Source: Folioceros fuciformis
Taxonomy: Eukaryota
DNA: 36,004 nt
Reading direction: 5' to 3'
Assembly: GCA_049999805.1 (NCBI GenBank)
Contig: JBNGIO010006317.1
Location: 61,311-97,314, forward strand
Shown here: one piece after another, positions 33,611 to 36,004 of the stretch
Layout: each line of letters opens with the position of its first letter
Position numbering within the stretch: the first letter of the stretch is position 1
The notes under the pieces: model-generated
What the model saw: only the letters and a program-made list of their open reading frames with translations
Told to the model about the DNA's origin: nothing
The model's database searches: none
Position numbers and translations under genes: made by a program

Positions 33611-36004
33611 CTAATAGTGCCGGGTCTTGGGCAGGCCCTTCGTCAGGATGTCGGCCAAGTTGTCCTCTGTTAGCACGTAGTTGGCTTCTACCACCTTGCG
33701 CTCGACCACATCCCGGATGTAGTGATGTTGGATCTCTATATGCTTTGTCCTGGCATGGAACTTGGGATTTGTGATCAAGGCCAGAGCTGACATGTTATCA
33801 CAATGGAGTGGCGTCGGCTGGTCTTGTCTCTGATCGATATCAGCTAAGAAGGCTCGCTCCCACTTGGCTTCCTTGGAGGCGTCGCTGAGCGACTTGCACT
33901 CTGCCTCCGTAGAAGAGAGCGCTATGGAGGTCTGCTTCTTGCAACTCCAATTCACAGCGGCTGAAGATAGCAGGAAACAGTGGGCGCTCAGGCTCTTCCT
34001 TGAATCTGGGTCAGACGCCCAGTCTGCATCTGTATAGCCGCTGAGAAGAAACTTGCCGATCCCTCCACTCTGGTACATCAGCCCATAGGTCAAGGTGCCC
34101 TTCAAGTAACGGAAAACTCTCTTGACTGCAGCCCAATGTGCCTTGCCAGGGTTCTCCAGGAACTGGGATACTGTGGAGACAGAATAATGGATGTCGGGCC
34201 TGGTCCAGCCACTAACGAAGAGAAGGCTTCCTACAGCATGGCGATAAGGGATCCCATGCATGTCCTTGGTCTCCTCTTCAGTCTGCGGGCACTGCTCAGT
34301 AGTGAGTTTTGTGCCTACAGCATAGGGTGTGGTGACGGGCCTGGCTTGGTCCAATTTGAACTTCCGTAGTATCTCATTGATGTACTTGTACTGATGGATG
34401 ATCAGCTTCCTTTCAGTTCTATTCCTCAAAATCTGGATTCCAAGGCAGAATTGAAGCTCCCCAATATCCTTCATCTCAAAACGGGAGCTCAAGAGCTGTT
34501 TGACTTCCGCTAGCAAGTCCAGGTTGTTAGTGGAAAGAATGAGGTCATCCACATACAGGGCAAGGATGACGAAATGGAGGCCTCGAGTCAAGGTGTAGAC
34601 GTTGCCGTCGGCCGCGCTCTGGACGAAGGAAATGCTGAGCAGGTAGATGTGCATAGTAATGTACCACACTCGCCCGCTCTGCTTGAGGCCATATATGCAC
34701 TTCCTTAGCCTGAGCACCTTGTGGGGGAACTCCTTGCTGACATAGCCCTCCGGCTGATCCATGTAGAGCTCCTCGTCCAAGGTGCCGTAGAGGTAGGCAG
34801 TCTTGACGTCCATTTGATGGAGCTCCAGGTCCAGCTCAGCTGCGAGGGCAAGCATAATCCGTATGGATTGTGCACGTACCACCGGGGAGAAAGTTTCTTG
34901 GTAGTCCAGGCCTTCGACCTGGGAGAATCCTCGAGCCACCAGCTGGGCCTTGAAACGAGCCACCTGTCCTTGGGCATCAAGCTTAAGCTTGAACATCCAC
35001 TTACAGGAGATGGGCTTCCTTCCAGGGGGCGGGTCGACAAGTTCCCAAGTCTTGTTTTGAAGCAGACTTTGGTACTCATCCTCCACTGCGATCCGCCACT
35101 GCGGGGACTCAGGTCCTGCTAGGGCTTGAGAAAGAGTGGTTGGTTCCTCTAGAAGGGCCGCGGGAGATGAGACCGCGGATAGGGAGCTGAAGGCTGTCCT
35201 GAAGTCAACGGACTGGTAGGGTGGCTCAATCCACTGAGATGGTGGCGCTTGATGCCGTGTGCTACGGCGAGGGCCGGGATTGGGGGCCTGAACAGTTGGC
35301 GCAGTCCCGTCATCAGCCAACACGGGCTCCGCAGGAGGCAGCTCCTCCAGGGCAGCTGGTGGCAATTCCTGGCCAAGGTTGTTAGCATCATCGCCAATAT
35401 GGGGCTGAACGACGGGAAGGGTACCAATAGGATCTTTAGGAGGTACGCCAGGGGCGGATGGCTCATTGTCCTCAGGGACTGGGCCATCGTCGGGGTTCTC
35501 CATGTAGCCTTGGTCACCGTCGTCGGTGGGGTACGCGCACACAGTGCCGGGGACGCCTGCCGCAGGGCTGTCGATCGACACATCTCCCTCTGAAGCTGGC
35601 TTGAATGGCTCCAAGAAGGTGACTGTGCACGCCAGAGTGATGTCATGCGTCCCCGGGTCAAAGAGTTTGTAGGCCTTGGAGCTCTCGCTGTAGCCCACGA
35701 AACTAAGCTTCTTTGCCCTATCATCCAACTTGCGTCGCTTCTCGGCAAGGATGTGAGCAAAGGCTGGCGAGCCGAATACCCGTAGATGCTGAATGCTGGG
35801 CTTGCGCTGCCAATATACCTCGTAGGGGGTACGGCCGAGAACTGAGCTTGTGATGACTCGGTTCAAGATATAGGTTGCTGCCACAATTGCCTCAGCCCAG
35901 AAGCCTTGTGGAAGTCCAGACCATAGCAGCATGCTCCTGGTCATGGATAAGAGCGTCTGGTTCTTGCGCTCCGCTACTCCATTCTGCTGTGGAGTGTAAG
36001 GTAC
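33611..36004 (-). mobile_element. Ty1/copia pol (INT C-terminus, RT, RH), largely intact, continuing beyond the window
   Basis: 777-aa ORF 33611-35944, preceded in frame by YTPQQNGVAERKN; contains [39 protein letters not shown]. Confidence 0.96.

Overview
Eukaryotic genomic DNA, most likely from a land plant (Ty1/copia elements with Met-tRNA PBS, a trihelix-type Myb/SANT relic, GT-AG introns), with a 100-N gap at 28417-28516. About half of the window is decayed or nested Ty1/copia retrotransposons: one full-length element at 3488-11340 with LTRs and TSD, sitting inside the LTR of an older element, plus three pol fragments at 29.7-36 kb. The notable content is a minus-strand tandem family of at least six copies or fragments of an unusual gene. 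Two copies reconstruct as intact three-exon genes (23244-19900, ~1014 aa; 26992-24819, ~613 aa). Each encodes a putative lipid-anchor N-terminus (MGNxxGQC), a 16-aa E/Q/G/P repeat stalk of variable length, a domain that aligns by eye with bacterial Uma2/DUF820 PD-(D/E)XK endonucleases, and ankyrin repeats that only become clear after splicing. All family assignments come from manual motif recognition, not database searches.
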